64,000 nucleotides of DNA from Anthoceros angustus (taxonomy: Eukaryota; Plantae; Anthocerotophyta), in assembly GCA_010909165.1 (NCBI GenBank), contig VJWM01000068.1, positions 434,001 to 498,000 on the forward strand, written 5' to 3'. The position numbers and the translations under genes were made by a program. Positions 36,200-49,837 of the stretch are shown here, piece by piece; position 1 is the stretch's first letter; each line of letters opens with the position of its first letter. A model generated the notes under the pieces. That model made no database searches. It had not been told where the DNA came from and saw only the letters and a program-made list of their open reading frames with translations.

Positions 36200-37627
36200 C
36201 TAGTCCCGACCCTCAAGTTGGGAAATGCTGGTTACTCTCGAAAGTATAGGTACAAGGTATAGGGCTACGTGTGGCTTCACCAAATGTCGTCGTCCTTTGA
36301 ATGACTTCCACAAATCGTTAACAGAGGAGTGGTTTCCGTCGGTAACGTTTTGGTAATTGGCCCTGTACCTTTCTGGAGCAGAGGCATCGTCAAGGCGAGA
36401 CCCAGCACCATTGAGTAGCGTATCCCACAGAGGCCTGGGATCCGACCAACCTATCCCACACAGGCCTGACACCAAAAGGCTCCAGACTTGCGAACAGCCA
36501 ACCCCGCAGGCAGCGGAGACCGTCGACCAGCCGGTGAGGCAAAGCCCGAGGCTATTCACCAGCCAATCCCACAGCGTTTAGCACCTGCGGTGCAGCCAAT
36601 TTCGCACACACAGGGACCCTACGATCAGCCACACCAGCAGGCCAATGACGCCGTCGCGCACCCACCCCAGCACGCCCGCGAGCCCGCGGTGCAGCCAATT
36701 CCACAGATCCCTGGTCCCGCTGATCAGCCACTGCCGTAGCGGCCTGACCCCGGCGCCCAGCCAAACCCACAGGAACCAGAAAACGGCCACTCCCCAGTCC
36801 AGCAGCTCCTTGATCTGGCCGACCAGAGGATGGCGAGCAGAGCCAGGGACGTTCGGTGCTGGCGAGCAGAGCCTAGATCCGCCGAGCCGGAAGTTTCCTA
36901 CCGAATTGACCCGCCGTGTTGGTTGATGCCACACACGCTGGATTCCTCCCGCCGGCTGATGCTCGGCCCTTGCAACTCCGAGAGAATGCTCTTCCGAGTC
37001 TGATTGGACGTCGGGGCGGAGACGGCTCCGCGCTGGGTTCTGCACATCGGCAGCTGGGTCGAAGGTAAACGTATACAGACTCACTAGCGGACGTGAAAAC
37101 CCTTTGCAAAAAGCTGTGATCAGGAGGCTGATATTCCGGTATACAATGACTAATAATCTTAGTAGTAAACCTTCTAGCCACCGCCAACTAGTTAGCAATA
37201 CTTGGAAAGACGCCGAGTATACATGTAAGAATATATTGCGGATTGTCATGGAGAGAAGTGAGAGTATCAGAAAATAAAACAAGATCGTTGTCATACTTGT
37301 CATCCATTGCCACAAAATCATAGCCAGGAGCTTGAACAGACTTACCATACCACTTCCTACCCATTTCCAGAAAGGTACGAAGAAGAGTTCGAGTGGACTT
37401 ACTGACAAATATTGCAAGAAGTCCAGCCATGCTAATGTAACATGAGAATATGCATTTTCTGCTAAACTTGGATACATGTATGAGTTGAGGAAACGTACTA
37501 ATAAATTGTCAGCCCACTCCCAGGAGCTGTACAAATGCTGAGCAATATATGTATGCAAGCGTATTGGTAAGCTTGGTAACATCGTTAATGTGATGAGCCA
37601 TCTTCCTAGCCATGACCATCGGTCCAT
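36200..37627 (-). pseudogene. Membrane-like hypothetical protein with Trp-rich 11-residue repeats and one internal stop
   Basis: ORF 36578-37627 and ORF 36200-36559 share a frame, separated by one TAA (RNWLHRRC*TLWDWLVNS). DNA period is 33 bp (agcca at 36561, 36594, 36627, 36693, 36726, 36759). Confidence 0.55.
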
Positions 37628-37914
37628 TGTTGATGTATTAAGAGCTGAACAAAAACAAGTTATTTATACTGTTAGTCTTTGCATAAGAAGAGTGAAGATA
37701 AGGAAAGTGTAGATCTCAGCCATGGAAGGACATGCATACCTGATCTCACCGAATGCTGTTATTCGGCATCATTTGCAGTCAGAACTAATATAGTCGAAGG
37801 ACCTGCCGAACGTTGGTTTCCAGAATCTGTAACGGCATGTGAGGACCAGAGTATGACTCTGAACTACTGACGTTTCAGTTTCACACACAAACGGATCAGT
37901 ATTCAAGTATTCAT

Positions 37915-40900
37915 CTACTCGCTCAGATTGGGGCCAGTGCACGCGGTCACGTAGCATTCGGCTTTCAACTGCGCGCTTAGATCCTGGAGCACTTGGTACA
38001 GCATCATCCATTGTGGATGCCTGTGGTCTCCTGCGAGGAAGCTGTGCACGTCCTGCTCAATCTGGATCCAGCTCCGGCCAGGCTCTTTCCGGGAAGCCAT
38101 ACTCTTTCTCAGCTTATTGACATCCTCTAGGCACTCCCACATGGCAGCATCAGCGTATATGTTTGCCATGAGCAGGTAGGCAGCTGGATGTTTCGGGTCT
38201 AAGAGCACAGCACTGTTGAACGCCCGCTGCCCTAGTGCCACATTACCATGCTTTCTGCAAGCACTCAGTAGACATAACCACACTGATAGGTCAGGCTGCA
38301 TTGGCATTTGCCCAAGTAGTTCTTCTGCTCTGCTGAAGAGGCTGGCACGACCCACAAGATCAATCACGCACGCGTAGTGTTGCACCTGTGGGGAAATGCC
38401 ATGGCCTGTGCTCATCGTTTGGAAGTACTCCAGACCTTTGTAGACCATCCCGGCATGACAGCAAGCAGAGAGGAGCGCTAGAAAGGTGACTCCATCCGGT
38501 TTCAGGCCTGCCAGACACATGTCCTCATAGCGCTGCAGAGCATGCTCCCAATCCCCTGCTCGGCATACCAGCAATAAGTGCAGTCCATGAGAGCACATTA
38601 TGGCGAGAGGAGCGCTAGAAAGGTGACTCCATCCGGTTTCAGGCCTGCCAGACACATGTCCTCATAGCGCTGCAGAGCATGCTCCCAATCCCCTGCTCGG
38701 GCATACCCAGCAATAAGTGCAGTCCATGAGAGCACATTATGGCGAGGGAGCGATTCAAACACTCGCTGAGCGTCCACCATGCTACCACATTTTCCATAAG
38801 CATGTATGAGGCTGTTCCCCACAGAAAGACTGCACCCAACTCCACTATTCAAGATACGTTGGTGGATATGCAGACAGGTGGGCAAGGCTCCTAAGCTGCT
38901 GCACGCGTGCAGGACAGATAAAAATGTTGCCTCATCTGCCTGGACATCCTCTGCTTGCATCTGAGCAAATAGTTGCAAAGCCTTTTGTCCTTGGTCCTGT
39001 TGGGCATAGGCTGTGATCATTGCAGTCCAGGACACCACATCCCGCGGTGCCAGTCTGCAAAACACCGTTTCTGCTTCCTTTATGCTTCCACACCTTGCAT
39101 ACATTGTTACCAAAGTACTACCCACGAACAAATCTGCAACAAGACCACATTCTATAGCTGCCGAGTGTATTTTGCGCCCCTGCTCAAGTGCGTTCAGTTT
39201 GACAGTCTGGCCATCTACAAATGCAGCTTGCTCCTTTGCAGCAATCAAGCTACATGCTTGCAAGGCCCCAACAAAGGTCCGTGCATCTGGCTCCAAACTT
39301 CCCTCGCCCATATGCTTGTAAATCTGCAGGGCCCTCTCTCCCTGGTCCTGCTGAACATATGCTGCCATCATTGCATTGCATGAGACCACATCCCACTGCG
39401 GTAGTCTGTAAAACACCTGTTCTGCATCTCTGAGACTCCCACACTTTGCATACATACTAACCAAAATGTTCCCAACAAAGCTGTCTGATTCCAAGCCCAT
39501 GAGAGAAGCTTCAGAATGAAATGTTCTCCCCCTTTCAAGGGAGTCCAGCTTTAGATTTTTCCCATCTACAAGTGCCCACTTCTCTTTTTCTGCGATGCTG
39601 CCACACGCCTGGAGTACACTCACAAATGTCCGTGCGTTTGGACTGACCCCTTTCTCTTGCATCTCTCGGTAAATCTGCAATGCCAGTTCTCCGTGGCCTT
39701 GCTGGGCATGCGCTGCAATGATGGCAGTCCAAGACACCACATCAGGTTGCGACAGTCGCTTAAACGCTTGTTCTGCATCCTTGATGCTCCCACATTTTGC
39801 ATACACGGTAACCAAGGTGTTGCCAACATAAATGTCCGACTCAAAACCCAACGCTACAGCTTGAGCGTGCAGGTCCCTGACCTTTTGCAACACCTGCACT
39901 TTCATGTTGTTCTCATCCACGAGACAACTTTCTTCCTTCTCTGCAATGCTGCCATATGCTTGGAGTATGCTGACAAAAGTCCTTGCATTCTGCCTCACCC
40001 CTTCCGCTTGCATCTGCATATAAATCTGCAGGGATTCCTGTCCTCGGTCTTGCTCAGTATATGCTGCAATCATGGAATTCCATAACACCACATCACGCTG
40101 GTGCAGACTGTAAAACACTTGCTCGGCATCCTTGATGCTTCCACATTTGGAATACATTCTGACCAATGTGCTAGCCACAAACAAATCTGATTCAAAACCT
40201 CTTGCTGTAGCTTCAGCATGAAGACTTCTTCCCTTTTGCAGCAACTCGACCTTCAGGTGTTGCCCATTCACAACAGCAGAGTTCTCTTTCTCTGCTACGC
40301 TCCCACATGCTTGGAGTGCACTTACAAAGGTTCGGGCATTGGGTCGGACCCCTTCCTCCAGCATCTGTTCAAAAAGTTGCAAGGCCTCTTCTCCTTCGTT
40401 TTGCTGAGCATATGCTGCTATCATGGCCGTCCATGAGACCACATCACGTTTGGACAACCTGTCAAATACCTGCTGTGCATCCCTGAGGCTCCCGCACTTT
40501 GCATACATGTTGACTAGAATGCTCCCAACAAACCCATCAGACTCAAACCCATGCCTTGAAGCATCAGCATGGACCCGCTTCCCCTCTTCCAGATCTTCTA
40601 ACCTGCTACAAGCTTTCAATAAGCTAACAAATGTGTACTTGTCCGGCTTCACACCTTCCTGCTGCATCTGTTTGTAGCACGAAAGCGCACCCTGATACTG
40701 TCCCATCTTGCTATACCCTGAAATGATGGCTGTCCAGGAAAAGACAGTCCGGTAAGACAATCGTTTGAATAACAGCAGTCCCTCTGCAAAACCCCCGCAG
40801 TTGACAAGAGTAGCGACCAGAAAGTCCCCCAGAAGCCTGTTGGACTCTAAACCATGTTTTGCCAAATGAGCGTGCACATGCTTTGCTTCTGGAAGGGCCT

Positions 40901-41042
40901 TCTTCTTCAAGCACGCTTGCAAGATGCTCTTATAAATATGCACTGAAGGCACAGTTCCCTGCTGGTCCATGCAGACCAAGGCACCTAATGCTTTGTCCAG
41001 CCGTCCTTCCTTGCACAAGGCTTCTAATTCAAGCATGTCCAC
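37915..41042 (-). CDS. PLS-class PPR protein with E/E+ end and no DYW; frame broken by a 137-bp tandem duplication
   Basis: Repeated LVxMYAKCGS..DVVSWTAMIAAYAQ..TFVSALQAC motifs, E domains (HYACVIDLVGRA, VWLCLLSACRKHG) and E+ RKEPGRSWIQIEQDVHSFLAGD. Duplicated segment 38471-38607/38608-38746. Confidence 0.93.
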
Positions 41043-41720
41043 AGACGGAGTGGGAGTCCTGCAAGAGTCACAGTTCTGATATGTTTGTCAACAAGATTGG
41101 GCCAGACACACCATTCAGCTTTCCAACCAAATCCAGAGGGAAAATGCCTTGCCCACCTTGCACTCCCAGCAGCAGCTTGCAGCTGGCCATCCAGCATAGG
41201 TAGATGGGAATCCAGCCAAACAGACTTGTACACCTCCTTCCACCTCATCGGAGTCCCAGTCACAGTGCACTTACAGGTTCTATGACTCAGATCAGAGATG
41301 GTGAACAAAAAACATGCGTTTCACAGTGTGCAGGGTCCCAGTCAGAGAAGGCAGAGATGCCAGAATAGGTGCCAGAGCGGCGTCGACATTGAGAATCTCT
41401 GTAACCGCTGTGGATGACCGAACAACCATGTTAGGAACTCCGCAGGTGCCTTGTTTAGCTCCATATCCCATCCTGCACCTGGACCAGCTCGAAGGCGTCT
41501 GAGGGACACACATCCACCTTCAACCCAACCGGGAAGTGCATGTTCGCCAAACACGGACAGCCGGAAATGGGAGGAGTACGAGTTCCTGTCGGCATCCATC
41601 GAAGCAGTGGAAAAGGAGGGAGGATATTTTCACGATCTCTAGGGACCGGTCGGAGAATTATTTTCCACTATGTCAAAGGACCGGTTGGACGTTTTGGGCC
41701 AACATTTTGTCTCGAGTTCC

Positions 41721-42615
<895 letters not shown>

Positions 42616-42952
42616 ATGAATAAGCGCAAGTTTCTCACGCAAGACGGCCAACAAGATGCCGAAGACACTCCACATCTGATCCGTGGGGATGCACAACACT
42701 ATCTTTGATTCCCTCAACTGTCAAATCTGCTGGAAACCAGTTCTTTGGTTTCAAACATGTTCTCAACAGTTGGATGCTGAACGCTGAAGTCTCCCAAGCA
42801 GTGACTAACGAACAATGCGTCCTTCTTGCACAGTGACTAACGAACAATGCATCCTTCTCCCGCAATGCATATTTCTCGTACAATGCATAGTTCTCGGAAA
42901 GCCACAGGAACGTCTGTCTTCAGGGTTGTATAGTACATGTCAATACTAAGGG

Positions 42953-44537
42953 TCACAACACACCTCGCCATGGAGGTGTGCCACGGCAAGCAAGCTCTTG
43001 GTACAAACACCGGACGCGCCAGTGCATGGCTTGCCAAGCTCCGCACCTGCGCAGCTCTAATTGGAGCTCGGATGCGCCATGCAGGAGGAGCACTAAAACT
43101 TCCGATCCTTGGAGTTGATGAGATCGAAGAAAGACTGGCGAGGCGGTGTGATGACTATGAACGGAGATGAAAGAGTGGAGAGGTAGGGCGTCCCAGGAGA
43201 CGAGGGACTGCTGCCCTTCAACGGTGTCAGAGGAGAAGAGGAGGCGAAAGGAGTAGCAAAGTTGCTTCTCAATGGTCTTAGAGGAGACGAAGAGAGAGGA
43301 GTGGAGATGCTGCTCCTCAGAGGTGTCAGAAGCGATGGAGGAGGAGGCATACGAGGAGGAGGAAGAAGAGGAGGAGGAAGAAGAGGAGGAGGAGGAAGAA
43401 GAGGAGGAAGAAGAAGAGGAGGAGGAAGAAGAGGAGGAGGAAGAAGAGGAGGGGCAGGAGGAAGAAGGAGGGGGAGAAAGAGGAGGGGCAGGAGGAGGAG
43501 AGCTGGGGAGAGGAGCGGCCTTGGAGATCTTCAAGGCTGAGCCAGGGAGCGGAGGCTGAGGCTTGGCGATGGGGGGAGGGCTACCTGGCTGCAGCTGCAG
43601 AGTGTCTTGGGCGGGGGCCGGGAGAGGCTGCCAAGGCGACCTGGGACTGGCAGGCAATCGGTAGGGAGAAAGGGGGGACCTGCGAGGGGAGAAGGCGACG
43701 ACAGAAGACAGGGGATACTCCACAAATGCACGAGGCTTGGCAAGGGAGGAGACCAGGAAGGGACAGTGAAGGGAGGTGGCGGAGAGGAGAGCCGGGCGGG
43801 GCCGGAGGCTGCCAAGGCGACCTGGGACTGGCAGGCAATCGGTAGGGAGAAAGGGGGGACCTGCGAGGGGAGAAGGCGACGACAGAAGACAGGGGATACT
43901 CCACAAATGCACGAGGCTTGGCAAGGGGAGGAGACCAGGAAGGGGACGGTGAAGGGAGGTGGCGGAGAGGAGAGCCGGGCGGGGTCATGGTGGGAGTGAT
44001 GAAGGGCGGGGAAGGAGACGGGGTGTCGTGAGGAGTGTCGTAGGGAGTCTCCTGGCCGGGGTACTCGAGCTCGCTCATGGAGCCGACGCTCCTGGAGTAG
44101 CGGCGGCTCCTAGGATGCTTCGCCTCGCTATGGTTCTTGGCGGCGTCCCCGTCGGAGCCCTCCAATTCCTCCTTCGTCTCCTCCGCGATGGTGAAGAGGA
44201 TCCTGGGCGGCCCCAGCAGCGTGTGCAGCTGCATGTCGTCCCCGTCCAGTGAGAAGATTTTCTCCACCACCTCAGGGTAGAGCGGATTCCTGTCGAACAC
44301 CCCGCGCGGTTGCAGGTAGACGGTGTCCACGGGCACACCGTGCGACAGCACCTCCACGTCCAGCGTGAGCGGGTCATGGCCGATGCTGTTCACCCGAGGA
44401 TTGCCCAGCGCAGTCCTCTTCCAGCACAGCAGGTAGTAGAGCTCCCCAAGCAGCAGCACCACGAAGCAGCCGAACACGATGGCCAAGCCCACTCCCAGCG
44501 TGCTCAGCGAGGCCATGGGCCGGGGCAGGGCAGGCAC
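42953..44537 (-). CDS. Conserved plant single-pass membrane protein of unknown function, Pro/Ser-rich C-terminus; frame broken by a 181-bp duplication
   Basis: N-terminal TM SLSTLGVGLAIVFGCFVVLLLGELYYLLCWKR plus GPPRILFTIAEETKEELE and ETPYDTP..SPPFITP motifs, typical of a land-plant family. 43624-43804 is repeated at 43805-~43983. The C-terminal extent is inferred. Confidence 0.75.
43350..43470. repeat. (GAG/GAA)n trinucleotide microsatellite (poly-Ser on the - strand)
   Basis: Directly visible in the sequence. Confidence 0.92.
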
Positions 44538-46451
44538 CGGAACCGGAACCGGAGCCTACAGCCCGGAAAGGCAGCAGCAGGAGAAGGAGGAGAAACTGGA
44601 AAAACTGGAAAAGAAGGAACAGGGAAGAACACCCGCCATCGCCATCCTGCTGGGACCAGTGCGTGCTTCATTGGGTGCCTGCATTGTGCACTTCTTGGCC
44701 GAGCTGGGTCCGAGACCGAGTGCGAGTGCGCGTCCGAGTCCGAGACTGCCCTTGTCGTCTTTACCCCGCTCTCCATGCAGGAGCCAGGCCTGCTTCCGCC
44801 ATGGAGATGGCCCCCCCGGCAGCGCTGTCTGAAGCAGGAGACGTCTCCGGGCGAGGTGGGTGGTGTGGCCTAGGCAGCGGTGGCCCTGGAGGAGGCGGTG
44901 CCGCTCGGGCAAGGCCGCATTGGCGGGCCCGGCGGACTGAGAGGAGGCCGGCGAAATGCAGGGAGCGGAGGCCGGTGATGGCGGCTGCCTGGCTTTGGTG
45001 GTGCGCGAGCCGGGCTGTGGAGGTGGGGACTCGGGAGGGGAAGGGATGGAGTTCTGGGTCGGACCGTGAGGGCAAGCAACGCTGGGCAAGAGCCTGTCGG
45101 CACGGATGGGCAGGGCCCACTTTGCACTGGCCGCTGCTGGGGAGCAGGGCCCGGCCCCACACTCTGCGCCCTGCATCAGCATCTGCAGCTGCGGCAGTCT
45201 GGGGGCCCTGTCCTCTTGCGCCATGCATGTGTTGTACGTACGCACACGGCGCACACTTGAACTGGTCTTGTAAGTACTGTTTATACAAGGGCCCAGCTTT
45301 CAAGGCGCGCCTCTCCTGACCGGGCCCCGGGATTGGGGGATTCCGAATTTCCCAGGATTCCTCTCCCTCTCGTGAATATGGCACCGCCACCCAATCCACG
45401 GCTATCTTGTATGTGCGGCTTTCCAGGTAATACTCTCCTTCCCACTTGGGGGGCTCGTTTATGAGGAGGCTGCCATGCCAGCATGGTGGTACCAACTTCC
45501 GGGTGCTGGGTCTTCGTCCTGGAGACCCACTAATGCGTGCATGCTGCAGCAGCTGCTTCTTGGGACCACGCTACAGGGAGTGGAGGACTGTGGGGGCTTG
45601 TGGTTTTAGTCCGTATGGTGGTGGGGCATGAGGGGCTGACGTGAGGAGAATGGTTCTCCCCGCCCACCGAAGCTGCGGGTGGGATGCAGGAGCGGAAGGG
45701 TGACTTGGGAGCGGAAGATGTGGAAGGGTGATGGCATTGCCCCTCTCCTCTCAGGAACCCCTCCTCCCAGGACGGCTGGGGGGTGGGATTCTGGGTTGGG
45801 ATGCTGGGGATTTGGGTGCAGGATTGTTGCCGGATGAGAGGGGCGCGTGCGTCTGCATCGAGCTGGACTGTGTTTTAATGCTGGGTGGGTGGTCGGGGTC
45901 GGGGTCGGGGTCGGGCGGGGTTCCTGCAGGCTTGTTTCTGCATGGATGTGACATGGGGGTGCCGTGTGAGATTAGGGGTGATTGTGGTGGGAATCCTTGC
46001 ATGCCACAGGGTACGAGGCTCCGGGCTGGAGAGGGTTGTGAGGGTGTGAACAGTGTGGATGCATGCGGTGCGTTGGAGGGGGTTCAGGTTGGAACATGTT
46101 GAAAACGTTTTGCTTGCTGCGGGACCACTCGCAGGGAACAGTGGCAGCCAAGGTGTTACGTTGAAATGTCGATGGCTGTGCGGTGGCGCATCCTTGTGTG
46201 GAGAAATTGGGAGTGGTGGGGCGGGTGGATGGGTTTGGCATCCCTAGAGGCGGGAGTTTGGGCACTTTGTTGCGCAATGTGTTGAGCCCATGTCTCAGAT
46301 TTTACTCAGACGGTGAGCCGCCAATTGAGGCCGATTTGCAAGAAGCAGCACAGCTGTTTCTTGGTTAAGCTGACAATGTGCCTTTACTCGGGTTTGCAGA
46401 AGGTCTCTGGCACCCCGACTTCAGGCCCGCAAGGAGGACCTGTTACTAGAA

Positions 46452-49400
46452 ATGTACAGGGCTGCTTGGGTTGGAGACCAGCTTGCCATGCTGGATCCAC
46501 GGATTGGGATGAGTGTGATTTCTGGTGCTGGACATGGAAGGTGTTCGTTTGCAGCAAGACTGTATAGTAGATTCAGTTGTGGATGCTGCGGTATGACTGC
46601 TATGGTTGGGCCACGTTTGATTCTGCTCAGTAGACATGGGCCTTGTTGCAGTACTCCCGCTGCCACTGCGCATGCGACAAGTGTGGAGACTGTCTGCTTG
46701 GAGGAACAGCCGAATGGGGTGCAGGCTGCCCTAATGTGCATGGACCAGCAGGGGGTTGTGCCTTCGGTTCAGACGTATGAGAAGCTACTGCAGACATGCA
46801 TGAAGAAGCAGGCTCTTGCCGATGCCAAGTGGATACATGCTCACTTGGCAAAGCATGGGCTGGAATGTAACAAGTTTTTGGGAGAGCTTCTGGTAAGGAC
46901 GCTGGTCAACTGTGGAGGCATTGTGGAGGGACTAGATGTTTTCCAAAGATTGCCCAGCAGAACCGTTTTCTCCTGGACTGCTATCATTTCAGGGTGCAGC
47001 AATGCTGGACATAGTCAGCAGGCTCTCATGTGGTACCAGCAGATGCAGCGTGAAGGTGTAAGGCCAAACAACTATACATTTGTTGCCTTGCTGAAAGCGT
47101 GCAGCAGGTTACAAGACCTGCAAAAGGGCCAGCAGATTCATGTCGATGCAGTGAGTCATGGGTACGGGTCAGACGTCTTTGTCGGCAATGCGTTGGTTAG
47201 CATGTATGCACAGTGCAGGAGTATGAACGATGCTCGGCTGGTGTTTGACAGGTTGTTGTCCCAGCGTGACCTTGTGTCATGGAATGCAATGCTTGCAGCC
47301 TATGCACAGCAAGAGCAAGGACAACAGGCCCTGAAAATTTATCAGCAGATGCAAGAGGAAGGAGTACAAATAGATGCTCGTACCTTCGTCAGTGCTCTCC
47401 AGGCTTGTGGCAGCGTTGCAGAACAAGAGGAGAGTGTCTTTGTGGACGGTGAAATGGTGAAAGTGGAATCCCTGCAAATTGGGACAAAGTTACATGCAGA
47501 AGCTAGAGGGAGTGGGTTCTTGTCAAACATCTTTGTTGGTAATGCTTTGGTCAGTATGTATTCAAAATGTGGGAGCATCACAAACGCCCAGCAGGTGTTT
47601 GAGGGATTGCACCAGCGCAATGTAGTCTCCTGGAATGCGATGCTTGCTGCTTATGCTCAGCAGGGCGAAGGAGCAAAAGCTTTGCATATTTTTTGGCAAA
47701 TGTGTGATGAAGGGTTCCAGCCAAATGTTAGGACCTTTGTCAGTGCCCTCCAAGCCTGTGGCAGCCTTGCCGAAAAGGAGGCAAGCACTTGTGTGGACGG
47801 ACAAAATGTGAAAGCAGAGTCACTGCGAATGGGCAGGAAAATTCATGTTCAGACCAGGGAAAGGGGTTTCCAGTCAGATGTCTTTGTTGGTAGCACTTTG
47901 GTCAGCATGTATGCCAAGTGTGGAAGCATTAAAGATGCGCAGGAAGTCTTTGATGGTCTGTCACAGCACAATGTAGTATCATGGACTGCCTTGATCACAG
48001 CATATGCTCAGCAAGAGCAAGGAGATCGGGCCTTGCAGATGTACGAGCAGATGCAGGAAGAAGGGGTCGAATCAAACTCATGGACCTTTGTGAGTGCACT
48101 TCAAGCATGCAGCTGCATGAGTGAAAAGGAAGACAGTGGTTTTGTACATGGGCAGAAACTCAAGATCCAGTCTCTTGAAAGAGGAAGGAAAGTCCATGCT
48201 GCAGCGATCAGGAAGGGTTGCGATTCAGACGCATTTGTTGGTAGTGCATTGGTCAGTATGTATGCAAAGTGCGGAAGCACGAAGGATGCTGAAGAGGTGT
48301 TTGATGGATTGGCCGAGCGCGATCTGGCAGCATGGAATTCCATGGTTGCAGCATATGCTGAGCAGGATGATGGGGAAAAAGCTCTGCAGGTCTTTTGGCA
48401 AATGCAAAAGCATGGTCTGAGACCTGATGCTCGGACTTTTGTCAGTGCTCTCCAAGCATGTGGCAGGATTGCTGAAAAGCACACAGAACTTGTGGACGGG
48501 CAAGTTGTTAGGGTGGACTCGCTTAAGCAGGGAAAGGAAGTTCATGCTGATGCTGTCAGCATGGGTTTCGGGTCGGACATCTTTGTCGGTAACACTCTCG
48601 TAACCATGTATGCCAAATGTGGAAGCATGACGGACGCAGAACAGGTGTTCAAGACCTTGTCTAACCGGGACGCAGTGTCCTGGACCGCCATGATCGCTGC
48701 TTATGCTCAGCAGGAGCGAGGAGACAGGGCTTTGCAACTGTATGTCGAGATGCAAGCAGCAGGTGTGAAGTCACATGAAGCGACATTCCTGTGTGTCCTG
48801 GAGGCATGCAGCCATACAGGCGCTTTGGACATCTGTGTGCGCACGCATCAGAGCATTGTGGAGAACGGACTGGAAACCAGTCCTTCTGTGACAACAAGGC
48901 TGATTCACGCGTACAGCAAATGTGGCAGCATTGTGGAGGCGCAGAAGGTTTTCGACTCCTTACCTCGCCCTGGCGTCATGGCATGGAATGCCCTAATCAC
49001 TGGCCACGCTCGACTAGGCGGATACTCTGCCACCATCCCATGCTACGAGCGGATGTGTGCGGCAGGCGTGAAACCAGATGGCGTCACGTTTCTGGCACTC
49101 TTATCCGCATGCAGTCATGCGGGCATGGTCGATCAAGGACTGCGCTTCTTCGACAGCATGACCTCAGACCATGGCATCTCGGCAGAGCTAGAGCACTATG
49201 CTTGTGCGATGGACCTGGTGGGCCGTGCCGGCAATTTCAGCAAGGCAGAGGAGCTGCTCTCCCAGATGCCAATGCAGCCTGACCTGCCCATCTGGTTGTC
49301 TCTGCTCGGTGCCTGCCAGAAACATGGCAACGTGCAGCTTGCAAGGCGAGCCTTCCATGGGGCAGTCTCTGTCGAACCCAAACATGCGGCAGCTTACGTT

Positions 49401-49652
49401 CTCATGTCAAACATCTACTCCGACGTCGCCATGTGGGAGTGTGCATCCGAGATACATGAGTTGAGGCAGCATGCTTCCGCCTGGAAGAAGCCCGGCCTGA
49501 GTTGGATCCAGCATGAAGATGAGGTGCATACGTTTCTTGTTAATGATGACAGACACGGGCAGACGCCAGCCTTGTATGGCTTGCTCAAAGACCTTCGCAT
49601 AGAACTGCAGGAGGCGGGTTACGTTCCGAAGACACCCGGGAGATCACTCTGA
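46452..49652 (+). CDS. PLS-class PPR protein with E/E+ end and no DYW; intact 1066-aa ORF with probable organellar transit peptide
   Basis: Uninterrupted ORF of P-L-S triplets, E domain, E+ KKPGLSWIQHEDEVHTFLVNDDRHGQ..LQEAGYVPKT; paralogous to 37915-41042. Confidence 0.96.
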   Translation: MYRAAWVGDQLAMLDPRIGMSVISGAGHGRCSFAARLYSRFSCGCCGMTAMVGPRLILLSRHGPCCSTPAATAHATSVETVCLEEQPNGVQAALMCMDQQGVVPSVQTYEKLLQTCMKKQALADAKWIHAHLAKHGLECNKFLGELLVRTLVNCGGIVEGLDVFQRLPSRTVFSWTAIISGCSNAGHSQQALMWYQQMQREGVRPNNYTFVALLKACSRLQDLQKGQQIHVDAVSHGYGSDVFVGNALVSMYAQCRSMNDARLVFDRLLSQRDLVSWNAMLAAYAQQEQGQQALKIYQQMQEEGVQIDARTFVSALQACGSVAEQEESVFVDGEMVKVESLQIGTKLHAEARGSGFLSNIFVGNALVSMYSKCGSITNAQQVFEGLHQRNVVSWNAMLAAYAQQGEGAKALHIFWQMCDEGFQPNVRTFVSALQACGSLAEKEASTCVDGQNVKAESLRMGRKIHVQTRERGFQSDVFVGSTLVSMYAKCGSIKDAQEVFDGLSQHNVVSWTALITAYAQQEQGDRALQMYEQMQEEGVESNSWTFVSALQACSCMSEKEDSGFVHGQKLKIQSLERGRKVHAAAIRKGCDSDAFVGSALVSMYAKCGSTKDAEEVFDGLAERDLAAWNSMVAAYAEQDDGEKALQVFWQMQKHGLRPDARTFVSALQACGRIAEKHTELVDGQVVRVDSLKQGKEVHADAVSMGFGSDIFVGNTLVTMYAKCGSMTDAEQVFKTLSNRDAVSWTAMIAAYAQQERGDRALQLYVEMQAAGVKSHEATFLCVLEACSHTGALDICVRTHQSIVENGLETSPSVTTRLIHAYSKCGSIVEAQKVFDSLPRPGVMAWNALITGHARLGGYSATIPCYERMCAAGVKPDGVTFLALLSACSHAGMVDQGLRFFDSMTSDHGISAELEHYACAMDLVGRAGNFSKAEELLSQMPMQPDLPIWLSLLGACQKHGNVQLARRAFHGAVSVEPKHAAAYVLMSNIYSDVAMWECASEIHELRQHASAWKKPGLSWIQHEDEVHTFLVNDDRHGQTPALYGLLKDLRIELQEAGYVPKTPGRSL

Positions 49653-49837
49653 CATGCCCAAATGTAAAATCCGAATTATCATCCCCGCATATCGACATCC
49701 TTCCCCTCCAGGTTGGTTGCTTGTCCATTGTCGAAACAAACGGACATGAATTCAAGCCTGTCCGCAATCTGGGGGCTGTCACACGTTCGTGGTTCAAAGG
49801 ATTTACTTAGACATGGCAAGCATGGTCTGAAAGATAA

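Noticed and set aside
43272-43559. Poly-Glu protein on the + strand
   Set aside because: Translation of the GAG/GAA microsatellite antisense to the membrane-protein gene.
49500-49800. DYW deaminase domain after the PPR E+ region
   Set aside because: The stop follows GYVPKTPGRSL; no HxE/CxxC or DYW motif is seen downstream in either PPR gene.
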